Notes: generated from the sequence alone by a model not told the origin. Shown: positions 48,133-58,461, numbered from the stretch's first letter. The stretch is 64,000 nucleotides of DNA from Alkalispirochaeta sp. (GCA_965601925.1 OZ271854.1:2336001-2400000), one strand, 5' to 3'. Made by a program: numbers and translations.

Positions 48133-49953
48133 CTACGTCGTATCCACCAGCTCCTCGAATCGGTCGACGAGTCCGGCGATACGCTTCATGGCGCTGCGCC
48201 AGAACACCTTCGACTCGATGTCGCATCCGGCGGAGCGCGTTACCGCTACGGCGTCCCGGCGTCCCGTTTCACGCAGAATAGTCCGATATCGTGCCGAGAA
48301 TCCGTCCGGCTCACGTTCGTACCGGTCGTACAGGCCGAGCCCGAAGAGTTGACCGAAGGCGTAGGGAAAATTGTAAAACGCTAAGTCCTGTCGATAGTAG
48401 TGACCTTTGACGGCCCACATGTAGGGGTGTAGCTCGTCGACGTTCAGGCCGTCGCCGTAGGTGCCCTTTTGCGCATCGGTCATCATTTCACACAGCTGCC
48501 GAACCGGTAACTCTCCGGTCGAACGGCGCTCCATAAGGGCGCGTTCGAAATCAAAACGAGAGAGAATGTCGACGATGACCTGTCCCGCGCCCTGCAGAAA
48601 CTGCTCTATGATATACAGCTCCTCCACCCCTTCGCTTCGAGCCACCGCGTTGTAGAAGAACAGCGTCTCGGAAAATATGCTTGCGGTCTCGGCGAGCGTC
48701 ATGGGGTAGTGTCGCTGCGCCGCCGGCAAGTCTCGCATTTCGTGAGAGTGCCAGGCGTGCCCCAGTTCGTGGGCCAAGGTAACCACCTCGTCGTAGGAGC
48801 CGTCGAAGTTGGAGAGGATGCGACTTTCTCCGGCAAGGGGGAAGTCGATGCAGTAGGCTCCGCCGACCTTCCCGGCCCGCGGCTCGGCGTCTATCCACGC
48901 CGAGGCGGCGGCGTCGGCAACGAACTGCGCCTGTTCGGAGTCGAACGACGCGAGTTGTTCCCCGATGAACTCGATCGCCGCCTCAAAGCTCCACGTGGTG
49001 GTGAACTCTCCCACCGGGGCGAATAGGTCGTAGAACGACAGGCGTTCAAGACCCAAAGCGCGCGCCTTCGCGTGGAAGTAGCGACGAAAGGTGGGCAGCG
49101 ACTCACGCATCGTACCGATCAGGGCGTTCAACGCGTCGTTGCTGAGCCGACTCTGATGCGTCGAACGCTGCAATGTGCTCTCCCATCCGCGCCGCGTGTT
49201 GAGTGTGTGGCTGAAGCCCTTCACTCCGTTGATCGCGAATGCGAGCGGTATCTCCACCCGTTTCCACGCCGCGAGCTCTTTCTCCCACGCCGTACGTCGC
49301 ACTGAGCGGTCCGCATCGAGTGCCAGGGACCGGAGTTGCACGACGGTCTTCGTCTCCCCCGTCGTCTCGTTCCACACTTCCTCCAACTCGGAGGATATCG
49401 TCTCCTGGAGTCTCGACCACGCATCGCCGCCGGACCGACTCAAGTCCGCGGCGACCCCTTCCTCGGCGATTCCCATCTGTCGCGTCTGGAGAAAGAGCGC
49501 CTCCTCGAGGATCCATCGGTAGTCGGACAACTCCTTCGTACCGCCGATAAGGTCTTCCACCGACGTGCCGACGGTCGCCAGCGCATTTCGGAACTCGGCC
49601 GCGAGCTCGGCGAGGGGAACACCGAGCTCACCGACGCGGTTGAGCGCCGCGGTCGCCTTTTCATCGCCGGTGTCTACCGAGTAGGCTGAGTAGCAGTAGC
49701 TCTCGAGGGTCTCAAACAGATCGTCGGCGCGGTTTAGACCCGAGAGGGTCTCTTGTAACCAACCGACCGCGTCGGTACGCCGTCGCGACACCCCTTCAAT
49801 GAGGGCGCGAGTCTGCGCAATGGTCTCCTTGAGGTCCGTGATGTCGGCTTCGAACTCCGTGCTGTCGAGGGACGGGTATATCGACGCAAGACTCCACCGC
49901 GGCGCGTCTATAGCCGTTTCGGCCGAGTCGGAGCCGTCGGACCGATCGCTCAT
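48133..49953 (-). CDS. pepF: M3B family oligoendopeptidase F
   Basis: WSLASIY, GKVGGAYC, TLAHELGHAWH, AETAS, FYNFPYAFG. Confidence 0.92.
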   Translation of the reverse strand: MSDRSDGSDSAETAIDAPRWSLASIYPSLDSTEFEADITDLKETIAQTRALIEGVSRRRTDAVGWLQETLSGLNRADDLFETLESYCYSAYSVDTGDEKATAALNRVGELGVPLAELAAEFRNALATVGTSVEDLIGGTKELSDYRWILEEALFLQTRQMGIAEEGVAADLSRSGGDAWSRLQETISSELEEVWNETTGETKTVVQLRSLALDADRSVRRTAWEKELAAWKRVEIPLAFAINGVKGFSHTLNTRRGWESTLQRSTHQSRLSNDALNALIGTMRESLPTFRRYFHAKARALGLERLSFYDLFAPVGEFTTTWSFEAAIEFIGEQLASFDSEQAQFVADAAASAWIDAEPRAGKVGGAYCIDFPLAGESRILSNFDGSYDEVVTLAHELGHAWHSHEMRDLPAAQRHYPMTLAETASIFSETLFFYNAVARSEGVEELYIIEQFLQGAGQVIVDILSRFDFERALMERRSTGELPVRQLCEMMTDAQKGTYGDGLNVDELHPYMWAVKGHYYRQDLAFYNFPYAFGQLFGLGLYDRYEREPDGFSARYRTILRETGRRDAVAVTRSAGCDIESKVFWRSAMKRIAGLVDRFEELVDTT

Positions 49954-50405
49954 AGAACGGTCCATTCCGCATTCGGATCGTCCCACTCTACCAGCGCCGA
50001 CTCGTCGAAGAAGAGACCGATTTCGCGCGCCGCGCTCTCGGGCGAGTCGGACGCGTGAATGATGTTCTTGGGTGTCACGGCGGCAAAGTCACCGCGGATC
50101 GTACCGGGCGTTGCGTCCTCGACTTTGGTCGCTCCGGCGAGAAGCCGCACGCGACCGATCGCCTCTTCCCCCGCCACGACCATGGCCACGACCGGTCCGG
50201 ACGTGATGTAGTCGATCAGGCCGGAATAGAACGGCTTACCGAGGTGCTCCGCGTAGTGCTTCTCGGCGAGCTCCTTGGTGATGCGGAGCATGCGCAATCC
50301 CACCAGCTGCAGCCCCTTGTCTTCGATACGCCGTATCACTTCGCCGACCAATCGGCGTTGTAACACACCGGGTTTTAACATTACGTAGGTCTTCTCGTAC
50401 GCCAT
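49950..50405 (-). CDS. ndk: Nucleoside diphosphate kinase
   Basis: TYVMLKP, HYAEH.GKPFY, PGTIRGDF, NIIHASDS. Confidence 0.96.
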   Translation of the reverse strand: MAYEKTYVMLKPGVLQRRLVGEVIRRIEDKGLQLVGLRMLRITKELAEKHYAEHLGKPFYSGLIDYITSGPVVAMVVAGEEAIGRVRLLAGATKVEDATPGTIRGDFAAVTPKNIIHASDSPESAAREIGLFFDESALVEWDDPNAEWTVL

Positions 50406-50461
50406 GTGCCGCATTATGGCGCCACCGGGACGAGTTTGCAACGTCCCGATAACGTCCCGTG

Positions 50462-50944
50462 CTATTGCGCGCCCACGAACTCATCGGCCCAATCGAAGGT
50501 CGCCGAGTCCTCGTACCACTCCGGCCAGTGGGAGCACCAGTCCGGCACCGCCGCCCGTCGGACGCGGTCCACGGCCGGGTGGTAGGGCTTGATATCAAGC
50601 AGCGGCGACCCGTCGTCGGCGTCGATAAACGGCACGGTAACGACGCCCTCCGTCTCGTCGACGGCCATCACGGCGCATGGGGTCAAAGCGATGGGGTTGG
50701 GCCGCGCCGGAGAGCGCGTGGCGAAGACGCCGACGGTCGCCGGCGAACGCTTGTACGGCTGTCGACAGCGCGTAAGCGAGCGATACTCCGGTGTGTCCAA
50801 CGTGTGGCACCAAAAGAGCACTTGTATGAAGCCGAACCCCTTGAGTTCGGTTAACGCCGGGCGGTACGCCCGGTCTACGCGAATGGCATAGTGACCCTCC
50901 GCAACGGTGATCGTTCCGATCCGTTTGAGTTCGAATGTGTCCAT
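50462..50944 (-). CDS. TsaA/TrmO-like SAM-binding protein (UPF0066)
   Basis: GVFATRSPARPNPIALT, DGSPLLDIKPY; GGAGG RBS. Confidence 0.85.
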   Translation of the reverse strand: MDTFELKRIGTITVAEGHYAIRVDRAYRPALTELKGFGFIQVLFWCHTLDTPEYRSLTRCRQPYKRSPATVGVFATRSPARPNPIALTPCAVMAVDETEGVVTVPFIDADDGSPLLDIKPYHPAVDRVRRAAVPDWCSHWPEWYEDSATFDWADEFVGAQ

Positions 50945-51088
50945 GTGTTCCTCCCTGCTTCTCGTTTGTCGGGGTAGTGGTGCTCCCCTTTGCCGTTCGA
51001 TCCGAGTATGAACGAGCGGTCTCGATCGTGCTCTTCTTCCGTTGCGTATCGATGTGCCGATATTGCTCTTCGGAGCTATAATGGCGGC

Positions 51089-52063
51089 ATGGCCTCCGCC
51101 GACCGAGATTACACCGCACGCTTCAACCGCGTCGTCGACTATATCGAGGGGCACTTGGCGTCGGCGCTCTCGTTGGACGAACTGGCGCGGGTGGCGAACT
51201 TCTCTAAGTACCACTTCCATCGCCTCTTCCAACTCCACCACGGCGAGACGCTGTTTCAGTTCATACGCCGTCTGCGTCTGGAGCGCGCCGCCGCGCTCCT
51301 TACCGCCAAGCCGACTCTCCCGGTAACGCAGGTCGCCCTGGAGTGTGGATTCGACAATCCGTCGGCCTTCTCCCGCAGTTTCAAAGAGCGCTTCGGCGTA
51401 TCGGCGACCTCATGGCGCTCCGGCGGCGCGACGCCGAGCGCGGAGGAGTGTCGTGCCTCCTTCGGCATCGATCCGACGCTCGATGTCGAGGTGCTGTGGG
51501 AGCAGTTTCCCATTCGACGAGGATTCAGAGACGGTGGGCCGTATTGGGAGGCCGACACGGCTCATGGTGTGGTGCGGCGGGTGCGGATCGAGACGCTTCC
51601 CGATATTGAGGTCGCCTATGTGCGTCATACCGGACGCTACGCAGCCGACTTCCAGCTGTTCGAAGCGCTCTTTCACGCCCTCTTTGCGTGGGCGGCTCCA
51701 CGGGGGCTGGTGCGGTTTCCCCTCGATGCTTACTGCGTCTACCACGACTCCAATACGATTACCGACGACGACAAGCTGCGCGTCAGCGTCTGCCTGCCGG
51801 TACCTCCGGACACCGCGGTCTCCGGCGAGATCGGGAGATTTACGATCTCCGGCGGTGCGTACGCGGTCGTTTCGACGGAACTGGGGCCCACGGAGTACGG
51901 CGAGGCGTGGAGATGGACGTTCGGACGGTGGCTGCCCCAAAGCGGCTACGAGATCGACGACAGGCGCCGCTTTGAGCGGTATCACTCCGAGCATGAACAC
52001 GACACGGTGACACGAGAGCGCCAGCCGGTCGATATTTGCGTACCCGTGGTGCCGTCCGGTTAG
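51089..52063 (+). CDS. AraC family regulator with GyrI-like ligand-binding domain
   Basis: FSKYHFHRLF, CGFDNPSAFSRSFK, VAYVRHTG, WLPQSGYE. Confidence 0.92.
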   Translation: MASADRDYTARFNRVVDYIEGHLASALSLDELARVANFSKYHFHRLFQLHHGETLFQFIRRLRLERAAALLTAKPTLPVTQVALECGFDNPSAFSRSFKERFGVSATSWRSGGATPSAEECRASFGIDPTLDVEVLWEQFPIRRGFRDGGPYWEADTAHGVVRRVRIETLPDIEVAYVRHTGRYAADFQLFEALFHALFAWAAPRGLVRFPLDAYCVYHDSNTITDDDKLRVSVCLPVPPDTAVSGEIGRFTISGGAYAVVSTELGPTEYGEAWRWTFGRWLPQSGYEIDDRRRFERYHSEHEHDTVTRERQPVDICVPVVPSG

Positions 52064-52129
52064 CCGCCGGCCGGGGAGCGAGCCGACGGCTCGATGGTCC
52101 GTCGCGCGTCTTGCCGCCCCCTTCGCGTC

Positions 52130-52780
52130 CTACTTCAGCTCCGCCCCTCGCGGTAACGGCCATGGAGAGCGGCCGGGATAGCGATACACGCAATCGCACA
52201 CGGCGTCACCGTCACCGAGCGTTTGCGTGCGAGTAAAGCCGATACCGAGGTAGTGGTTAATCAAATAGTCAATTCTACAGACGGCGGGAAAGAGCGCTCG
52301 TACGCGAAACCGTTCCGAGATTTTGAGTATCGCACACTCGTGAATATCGAATCTCCAGTGGTTCGTGGCCATTCGACGGTAGTTGAACTTCCAGTCCGCC
52401 GGGTGCGTCGCCCCGATGGAGCGTTTGGGTCCCACGACTTGGTGATGCAACGCGGTGAGTCGGCCCAACAGGCGGAGAAACGGACGCGGGAGACCGCTGA
52501 AGAATTTCTCATTGATAAGCCAGATTAACTCGATCCTTGCATCGGTGCTCAGGCGCTTCTCTTCAAGAATCAAGAACCACGAGACATAACAAAGTATGAA
52601 ATAATAGTTTATCTCAAATACACTTCGTCCGATGGCGGGTGCGCTCTCTAGTATCGTCATGAGCCGAGTACGGCTACGCTTTCGCACGTCTTCGTAAAAA
52701 TCCTTCCCGTAGTGCCGGATGAGGGTCCGTTTCGCGCGGCTGAGTACTATATCGTTAAGCGTCGTACAGATGCGCTTCAT
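52130..52780 (-). CDS. L-2-amino-thiazoline-4-carboxylate hydrolase-like protein
   Basis: HPADW, FDIHEC, CRIDY, TRTQTLGDGDAVCD. Confidence 0.75.
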   Translation of the reverse strand: MKRICTTLNDIVLSRAKRTLIRHYGKDFYEDVRKRSRTRLMTILESAPAIGRSVFEINYYFILCYVSWFLILEEKRLSTDARIELIWLINEKFFSGLPRPFLRLLGRLTALHHQVVGPKRSIGATHPADWKFNYRRMATNHWRFDIHECAILKISERFRVRALFPAVCRIDYLINHYLGIGFTRTQTLGDGDAVCDCVYRYPGRSPWPLPRGAELK

Positions 52781-52793
52781 CCTTGCGGCCTCC

Positions 52794-53489
52794 TTACCTA
52801 CGGTTCCACGTCGGCGGCACCATCTCGATGCCGATGCGCATCGGCTCTCCACGTCGCTCTCGAGCGACGTCCAGCTCGAAGAACTCGATCTCTACTCCCT
52901 TGCGTCGTAGCGCCCTGCGCAACGCACCAGTAAACCACGCCTCTCCCGCGACCCATCGTCGCTCCATCTCGGCGTTAAAGGTCTCGCCGTCGATCGTCGT
53001 GATATCGAGGCGCGACGTGTAGTCGAAGGTGTCGTTGATGTCCAGCTTCGTGCACACACCGCAGAAGGGCGAGCCGGAGATACCGACGACCCCCATGATG
53101 GTAAACCCCAAGGTGTGGTACTCCCGGATTTCACGTGCGACGTTCCGCGCCAGCGCGACCGAGCGGCGGCGCATCATCCTCTTTACCAATGGGAACAGCA
53201 CCTTGATAAAGACGAAAGAGGGCTTATTGCGCGCGTCGAAGCCCGCGAGCAAGCGTTGGCGCAGGACGCCCGCCGCAACCTGCCCGGGACATCTCATTTG
53301 TACGATTCCGATTCGCGCCCGTTGGAGTTCCGCGACGACGTCGTCCATTCCCGCCGGTCTGAAGGCGCCGCCCCAGTACCGCGTGTTTTCGTTGAGTATG
53401 CAGTGGGAGACGAAGATCACCTGCTCTGCGCGTTCGTCGCGTAGTTGATCAATCATGCGCTCCATCTTTTCCCGTGTACGACCGTTCAT
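52794..53489 (-). CDS. DUF523/TudS-related putative Fe-S protein
   Basis: SHCILNEN, QMRCP, GSPFCG three-Cys pattern. Confidence 0.7.
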   Translation of the reverse strand: MNGRTREKMERMIDQLRDERAEQVIFVSHCILNENTRYWGGAFRPAGMDDVVAELQRARIGIVQMRCPGQVAAGVLRQRLLAGFDARNKPSFVFIKVLFPLVKRMMRRRSVALARNVAREIREYHTLGFTIMGVVGISGSPFCGVCTKLDINDTFDYTSRLDITTIDGETFNAEMERRWVAGEAWFTGALRRALRRKGVEIEFFELDVARERRGEPMRIGIEMVPPTWNRR

Positions 53490-53535
53490 TGATCCCCCGT
53501 GGGAGACTGTGTGGTCTCCCGTGCCGCAGTGAGTC

Positions 53536-54033
53536 TCATTCGATCGCAGTCACCGCCCGTTCGGCGTCGCTCATCGCGACCCACGGGACGAAGTCGCGGC
53601 CGTGATCGCCGAAAAAGACGATACGAATGGGGAACGCTACAACGCCTCCCTCTACGACGGCAAAATCCAAGTTCGACACGGGGTACACCGTTGGTGTCGC
53701 CGACATGAGGCGGTAGTAGCGGATCTCTTCTATTCGATATCGCCCGGCCGAAAGATTCTCCGTGAGCAGATTGCTCCGATTGGGCGAGACGATGAGACGA
53801 TGGAGCGTTCCGCGCTCGCCGCGGAGGACGATTTGAATCGTGTCGTAACGTGCTGAGCTCCACCGATCCGGCAGCTCTACCGCCACAGCGACACGGCCCG
53901 TGGAGACGCCGGTGTCCGCACTCTCGCGATTACCGCTCCCGTGGGCCGGCGCCGGCGTCGATGCGAGGGCCATGAGCGTCATCGCACACACTAATAGGTT
54001 CCTTCTGATCATTCTTTTTCTCGCGTTCTTCAT
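53536..54033 (-). CDS. Hypothetical exported protein
   Basis: Signal peptide ending AHGSG; GGAGG RBS; overlaps the ATPase stop. Confidence 0.6.
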   Translation of the reverse strand: MKNARKRMIRRNLLVCAMTLMALASTPAPAHGSGNRESADTGVSTGRVAVAVELPDRWSSARYDTIQIVLRGERGTLHRLIVSPNRSNLLTENLSAGRYRIEEIRYYRLMSATPTVYPVSNLDFAVVEGGVVAFPIRIVFFGDHGRDFVPWVAMSDAERAVTAIE

Positions 54034-55973
54034 CTTTCTCTTCCTCCCATGGATGTATCCGCGCCGACTTCACGGTCGTTGCGACGCAGCAGGCGTAGTC
54101 CATTGAGCACGACGACGATCGTGCTTCCCTCGTGGCTAAGTACCCCTATCGGGAGCGGCACGCCGACGGTGAAGGTGAGGACTACGAGGGTCACGACCAC
54201 TCCCATCGCGATCGCCACGTTTTGCAGAACGATGCGCCGAGCCCTCTTGGCTATCGCGATCGCTCGCACCAGCGCCGACAAGTCGTCGGACATGAGCACC
54301 ACGTCGGCGGTCTCCAGTGCGACGTCGGTACCGGCGGCGCCCATCGCAATACCGACCCGTGCCGACGCCAGCGCCGGAGCGTCGTTAATGCCGTCTCCCA
54401 CCATTGCAACCGGGCCGTGGTCGCGTTGTATCGAATCGATCTCGGTAAGCTTGTCCTCCGGGAGGAGCTCGGCGTGGACGGCGTCGATGCCGATGGTTTC
54501 GGCCATCCGCTGCGCTACCGTTCCGTTGTCGCCGGTGAGCATCGCAACATGATCGATACCCGATAAGCGCAAGTCGCGAACGGTTCTTTCCGCATCGGGG
54601 CGCGGGGCGTCGGCGACGGTCATGGTACCGAGCCACCCCTCGTCTCGGCGCACGACGAGGGTCGTACCGCCCTCCAGCGCGTTCCGTCGCTCCACCTCGC
54701 GGCGAAGATGACTCGGAACATCGCCGTAGGTTTCGTCGAAGAGTCGTGGAGAGCCGACGACGATCCGGCTCGAACCGAGTCGCGCCTCGACCCCTTTGGC
54801 CGTAATCTGACGAAAGGTGTCGGGGTGTAGCGGTGCGAGACCGCGCGCCCCGGCGTAGGCGACGATCGCCCGCCCGATCGGATGCGTGCTGAGGAGTTCC
54901 GCCGTCGCCGCCGCCTCCACCACGTCGGTCTCGGACCACCCGTCGGCGGGATCCACGCGCACGACCTCCAACGTACCGGTACTGAGGGTGCCCGTCTTGT
55001 CGAAGGCGACGGCCCTGATGGTCCCGAGAGCCTCGATGAAGACGCCGCCTTTGAAGAGCACGCCGTGACGGGCGGCGCCGGCGATCGCAGAGAGGAGCGC
55101 CGCCGGGACGCTGATGACCAAGGCGCACGGTGAAGCGACGGTCATAAGCACCATGGCGCGGTAGAAGACCTGCGGAAAGGGGCGCGCTCCCGCCGCGGTC
55201 GCCGCGACAATGTATACCGCGACCGCCAGCATCACCGCGGCGGCGTACCGACCCTCCCACCGCTCCAGAAGGCTCTGAAACTGCGCCTTTTTCTCCCGCG
55301 CGTCGCTCACCATCGCGATAATGCGCGCCAAGGTGCTCTCGGACGACGCCTTGGCGACGCGTACCTCCACCACGCCGGACTGAACGAGCGTGCCTGCGAC
55401 GACGTTACTGCCGGCCGACTTGGTGCAAGGAAGAGATTCGCCGGTGACGGCCGCCTCGTCAAAATCGCTCGATCCCGAGACGATGGTGCCGTCCAGCGCG
55501 ACGCGGTCCCCCGGTCTGAATACCACCACTTCACCGGGAGCGACGCTCTCGATCGGTCGCTTCTGCGTTTCCTCGCCCTTTTTTACCTCCACCGTGTCGG
55601 GGCGCAGCGCCATGAGCGAGGAGATCGCACCCTGGGTTCGACCCATGGCGTACTCCTGCAGTACGTTGCTCAAGGAAAAGAGAAAGAGCAGGGTAGCCCC
55701 CTCGCTCCACGCGTCGAGATACGCCGCGCCGGCGGCGGCGGAGACCATCAGGAGGTCGACTTCGATGCGCCGCCCTATAAGGGCGTTCCAAATTGCGCCG
55801 AGGGCGTCGTATGAGCCGAAGAGATAGGTCGCTGCGTGAACGGCGAGCACCACCGCCCGATCGGCGGCGCTTCGTTCCAGAACGGCTCCGGCGATGAGAC
55901 CTACGAGGGTTAACGATACAAACGCCGCCTTGCGTGCGAATCCCGACGGCATGACCGCTCGTTTCAGTTTCAT
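54030..55973 (-). CDS. Heavy-metal P1B-4-type ATPase (Co/Zn/Fe)
   Basis: TGES, SPC, DKTGT, HP, GDGINDAP, HEGST; no N-terminal metal-binding domain. Confidence 0.92.
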   Translation of the reverse strand: MKLKRAVMPSGFARKAAFVSLTLVGLIAGAVLERSAADRAVVLAVHAATYLFGSYDALGAIWNALIGRRIEVDLLMVSAAAGAAYLDAWSEGATLLFLFSLSNVLQEYAMGRTQGAISSLMALRPDTVEVKKGEETQKRPIESVAPGEVVVFRPGDRVALDGTIVSGSSDFDEAAVTGESLPCTKSAGSNVVAGTLVQSGVVEVRVAKASSESTLARIIAMVSDAREKKAQFQSLLERWEGRYAAAVMLAVAVYIVAATAAGARPFPQVFYRAMVLMTVASPCALVISVPAALLSAIAGAARHGVLFKGGVFIEALGTIRAVAFDKTGTLSTGTLEVVRVDPADGWSETDVVEAAATAELLSTHPIGRAIVAYAGARGLAPLHPDTFRQITAKGVEARLGSSRIVVGSPRLFDETYGDVPSHLRREVERRNALEGGTTLVVRRDEGWLGTMTVADAPRPDAERTVRDLRLSGIDHVAMLTGDNGTVAQRMAETIGIDAVHAELLPEDKLTEIDSIQRDHGPVAMVGDGINDAPALASARVGIAMGAAGTDVALETADVVLMSDDLSALVRAIAIAKRARRIVLQNVAIAMGVVVTLVVLTFTVGVPLPIGVLSHEGSTIVVVLNGLRLLRRNDREVGADTSMGGRER

Positions 55974-55992
55974 GATTGCTCCTTGTATTATA

Positions 55993-56048
55993 GTAGTTTT
56001 AATGCAAACTACGTAGTTCATATTAGTACTAATATTCTGGGATGTCAA
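55993..56048. promoter_or_regulatory. AT-rich divergent promoter region with palindromes
   Basis: AACTACGTAGTT (56007-56018), ATATTAGTACTAATAT (56020-56035), TTGACA on the minus strand (56043-56048). Confidence 0.6.
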
Positions 56049-56109
56049 TTGTTTCGTCGCTCCGGAGGGAACGCTGACAGACCGGCGCTACATGGGGCAC
56101 AATGGTGGG

Positions 56110-56889
56110 ATGGACGGTGTCGCCGAGCTGATCGGCATCGGATTTAGCGAGTACGAGGCGAAGGTGTACGTTGCGCTTCTCGGCCGATATCCCGAGACGG
56201 GCTACCAGATCGGGAAGGCCGCGGGCGTGCCGCGCTCAATGGTATACGAGGCGTTGGGGCGCCTGGAGCGTCGTGGAGCGGTGCTCAGCACCAAAGAGGA
56301 GAAAGCGACCTATTATCGCCCCGTCGCGCCGGACCAGTTTCTCCGGCGAATGCACAATGAAACCGAGCGGGCGATCGACGTATTGCGGGGGACGCTCAAC
56401 ACGCTCTACGTGCCCGTTGCCGACGACCGTTTGTGGAGTTTCGGCGGTAGAAAGGAGGCCGAGGCGTACGCCGTCGACCTCGTCGCTCACGCCGATCGTG
56501 AGATCATGGCGATCCTCGGCGATCGCGATGTGGAGTCTCTCACCGATTCCCTCACCGCCGCCGACGAGCGCGGCGTCGCGGTGAACGTCGTGCTGACCGG
56601 CTCGGCCCCTTTCGCCGTCGGAACGGTGATCCGTCACCCCCAACGCGAGACGGAGCTGCACCACTTTCAGGAGACGATGTTGGTCGTCCGCGACGGTCGG
56701 GAACTCCTCATGGCAAACGGCGTCAAGCGGTGTACCGCTACGATCACCAACAATCGACAGATGGTCTCCTTGGCTCACCAATTTGTCTGGATGGAGCTCT
56801 TTGCACAGCGGATCTTTCGCACCCTTGGCGACGATCTTCTCCAACGCCTCTCGGCGGAGGATCGTGCGATCCTCCAAGAGCGGTCGTAA
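56110..56889 (+). CDS. TrmB family transcriptional regulator
   Basis: GFSEYEAKVYVALL, GYQIGKAAGVPRSMVYEAL. Confidence 0.9.
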   Translation: MDGVAELIGIGFSEYEAKVYVALLGRYPETGYQIGKAAGVPRSMVYEALGRLERRGAVLSTKEEKATYYRPVAPDQFLRRMHNETERAIDVLRGTLNTLYVPVADDRLWSFGGRKEAEAYAVDLVAHADREIMAILGDRDVESLTDSLTAADERGVAVNVVLTGSAPFAVGTVIRHPQRETELHHFQETMLVVRDGRELLMANGVKRCTATITNNRQMVSLAHQFVWMELFAQRIFRTLGDDLLQRLSAEDRAILQERS

Positions 56890-56909
56890 ATATGGATTCG
56901 CGAAACTCC

Positions 56910-57662
56910 CTATTCGCCTACCGACCACCACGTACGGGCGCGAGCGACATCTCTGCCGTCGACGGACAGGCGGTGTACGTACGAGATGCGATCGGCTGCT
57001 CGGTCGGTGGGGCAGGATTCGGAGATGACTCTCTGACCATACGTTGTCTCGTACAAAAAGCTGATATCGAACGTTTGGACCGCCCCGGATCGCAGTAGGT
57101 CGAGGGGGATCGATTCCAGAACCCACTCGACGTAGATTGTGTTGTTTGCATGGTTGTTGACGTCGATGTCGGCGTAGCGAACGTCGAGTTCCCGTCGGGC
57201 ACTCCACTTCTCACGCGGTGGACTCTTCTCGATGACATGCTCGATCGTTCCCGCTTCGACGTGGCCCTCGTAGCTCCGTATGACGGCGGCGTCTCTCGCA
57301 AGGCGACGCGTCTGCGGGTTGATGAGTAGCCAGTAACTCAAACCTGACGCGACCCGACGGTGAAGGCCGTCCATCAGGATGAACTCACGACGGGCGTACA
57401 GCCTATGCATACCGGTGGGATACGTTCTCACGGTAATTTCCTCGTCTATGTCGGGCGATGGGGCGGCGGATACGGTGAGAAAGAGGTGCGCCATGATCCA
57501 CGCTACGCCGCGATCCTGTAGATCTGCATTGTGAATCTGCATCTTATGTGCATGTCTGACCGCGCCGTCCTGGAAGTACTGAGCGATCGCACTGAGCTTC
57601 AACCGCCCCCGAGGATCGAGGTCGACGATGCGAACACGTTGGATATCCGTCCATACACTCAT
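56910..57662 (-). CDS. Acyl-ACP thioesterase (FatA/FatB-like)
   Basis: YFQD, VRTYP, REF, VRYADIDVNNHANNTIY. Confidence 0.88.
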   Translation of the reverse strand: MSVWTDIQRVRIVDLDPRGRLKLSAIAQYFQDGAVRHAHKMQIHNADLQDRGVAWIMAHLFLTVSAAPSPDIDEEITVRTYPTGMHRLYARREFILMDGLHRRVASGLSYWLLINPQTRRLARDAAVIRSYEGHVEAGTIEHVIEKSPPREKWSARRELDVRYADIDVNNHANNTIYVEWVLESIPLDLLRSGAVQTFDISFLYETTYGQRVISESCPTDRAADRISYVHRLSVDGRDVARARTWWSVGE

Positions 57663-57725
57663 GGTTCCCTCCTCGAACGGTTGGTTCGAAAATACAAGAA
57701 CTATCGAACTATCGAGTAAAAAAAA

Positions 57726-58022
57726 TCACTCGAGTAGCGCGTGGATCTGCTTGACGGCATCGACGTTCACGCGGCACACGAAGGTCTGCCCTTCTCGCTC
57801 GCTGGTTACGAGACCGGCGTTGACCAGTTCACGCATGTGGTGCGACACCGTGGATCGACTCACGTCGAGATGCTCGCACGCCATAGAGAACGCTCTACGG
57901 ATACCGGCTGTGCACGTAGCGTCTCCTCGGGCCTTACACGAATCGTAGATGAAGAGAAAGAGCTTCAATCGCTGTTCATTCGCGAGCGCCTTGAACATTT
58001 GCGCCATGTTCGATAGTTCCAT
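57726..58022 (-). CDS. ArsR/SmtB family regulator
   Basis: FKALANEQRL, STVSHHMRELVNAGLV...REG; several Cys. Confidence 0.9.
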   Translation of the reverse strand: MELSNMAQMFKALANEQRLKLFLFIYDSCKARGDATCTAGIRRAFSMACEHLDVSRSTVSHHMRELVNAGLVTSEREGQTFVCRVNVDAVKQIHALLE

Positions 58023-58221
58023 ACCTTTCGAACAGTGTACGATACCTTTTCACATAAATCAAAGCATTTGCCGCCTTTTTGGAAGTAGTACGCCCCATGG
58101 GCGCCGTGACTCGCCGATACGAGTCACGGCTCATCGCGTCGGCCGACTCCGGGACCGAACTGCCCGCCGTGGCGCGTTTTTGCGACACGGGTGGGGTATC
58201 CGTGCTGGGTCTCGGTCGGGC

Positions 58222-58461
58222 CTACACCATTCCGGCCTCCGCACACAGCCGTTTGAGGATGTCCAAGAGGCTCTTAAGACTCCTGAGATTTATACGCCCC
58301 CCGTCCATCATGATTCCCACGGCCATGCCCGGGATTCCCGCTCGTTTCATTCGATCCTCCAGATACGCCTCCAATTCCGGAGGTCGGTCCAGATGGACAC
58401 AGCCTACGAGCAACACCACGGTGGAACCGATGCAAAGACGGGCAATCAGACGATCCATCAT
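58222..58461 (-). pseudogene. Probable truncated serine hydrolase (beta-lactamase-like) lipoprotein remnant
   Basis: GGAGG RBS, lipobox LVGC, LEAYLEDRMKRAGIPGMAVGIMMDG; ends before any SxxK. Confidence 0.5.
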
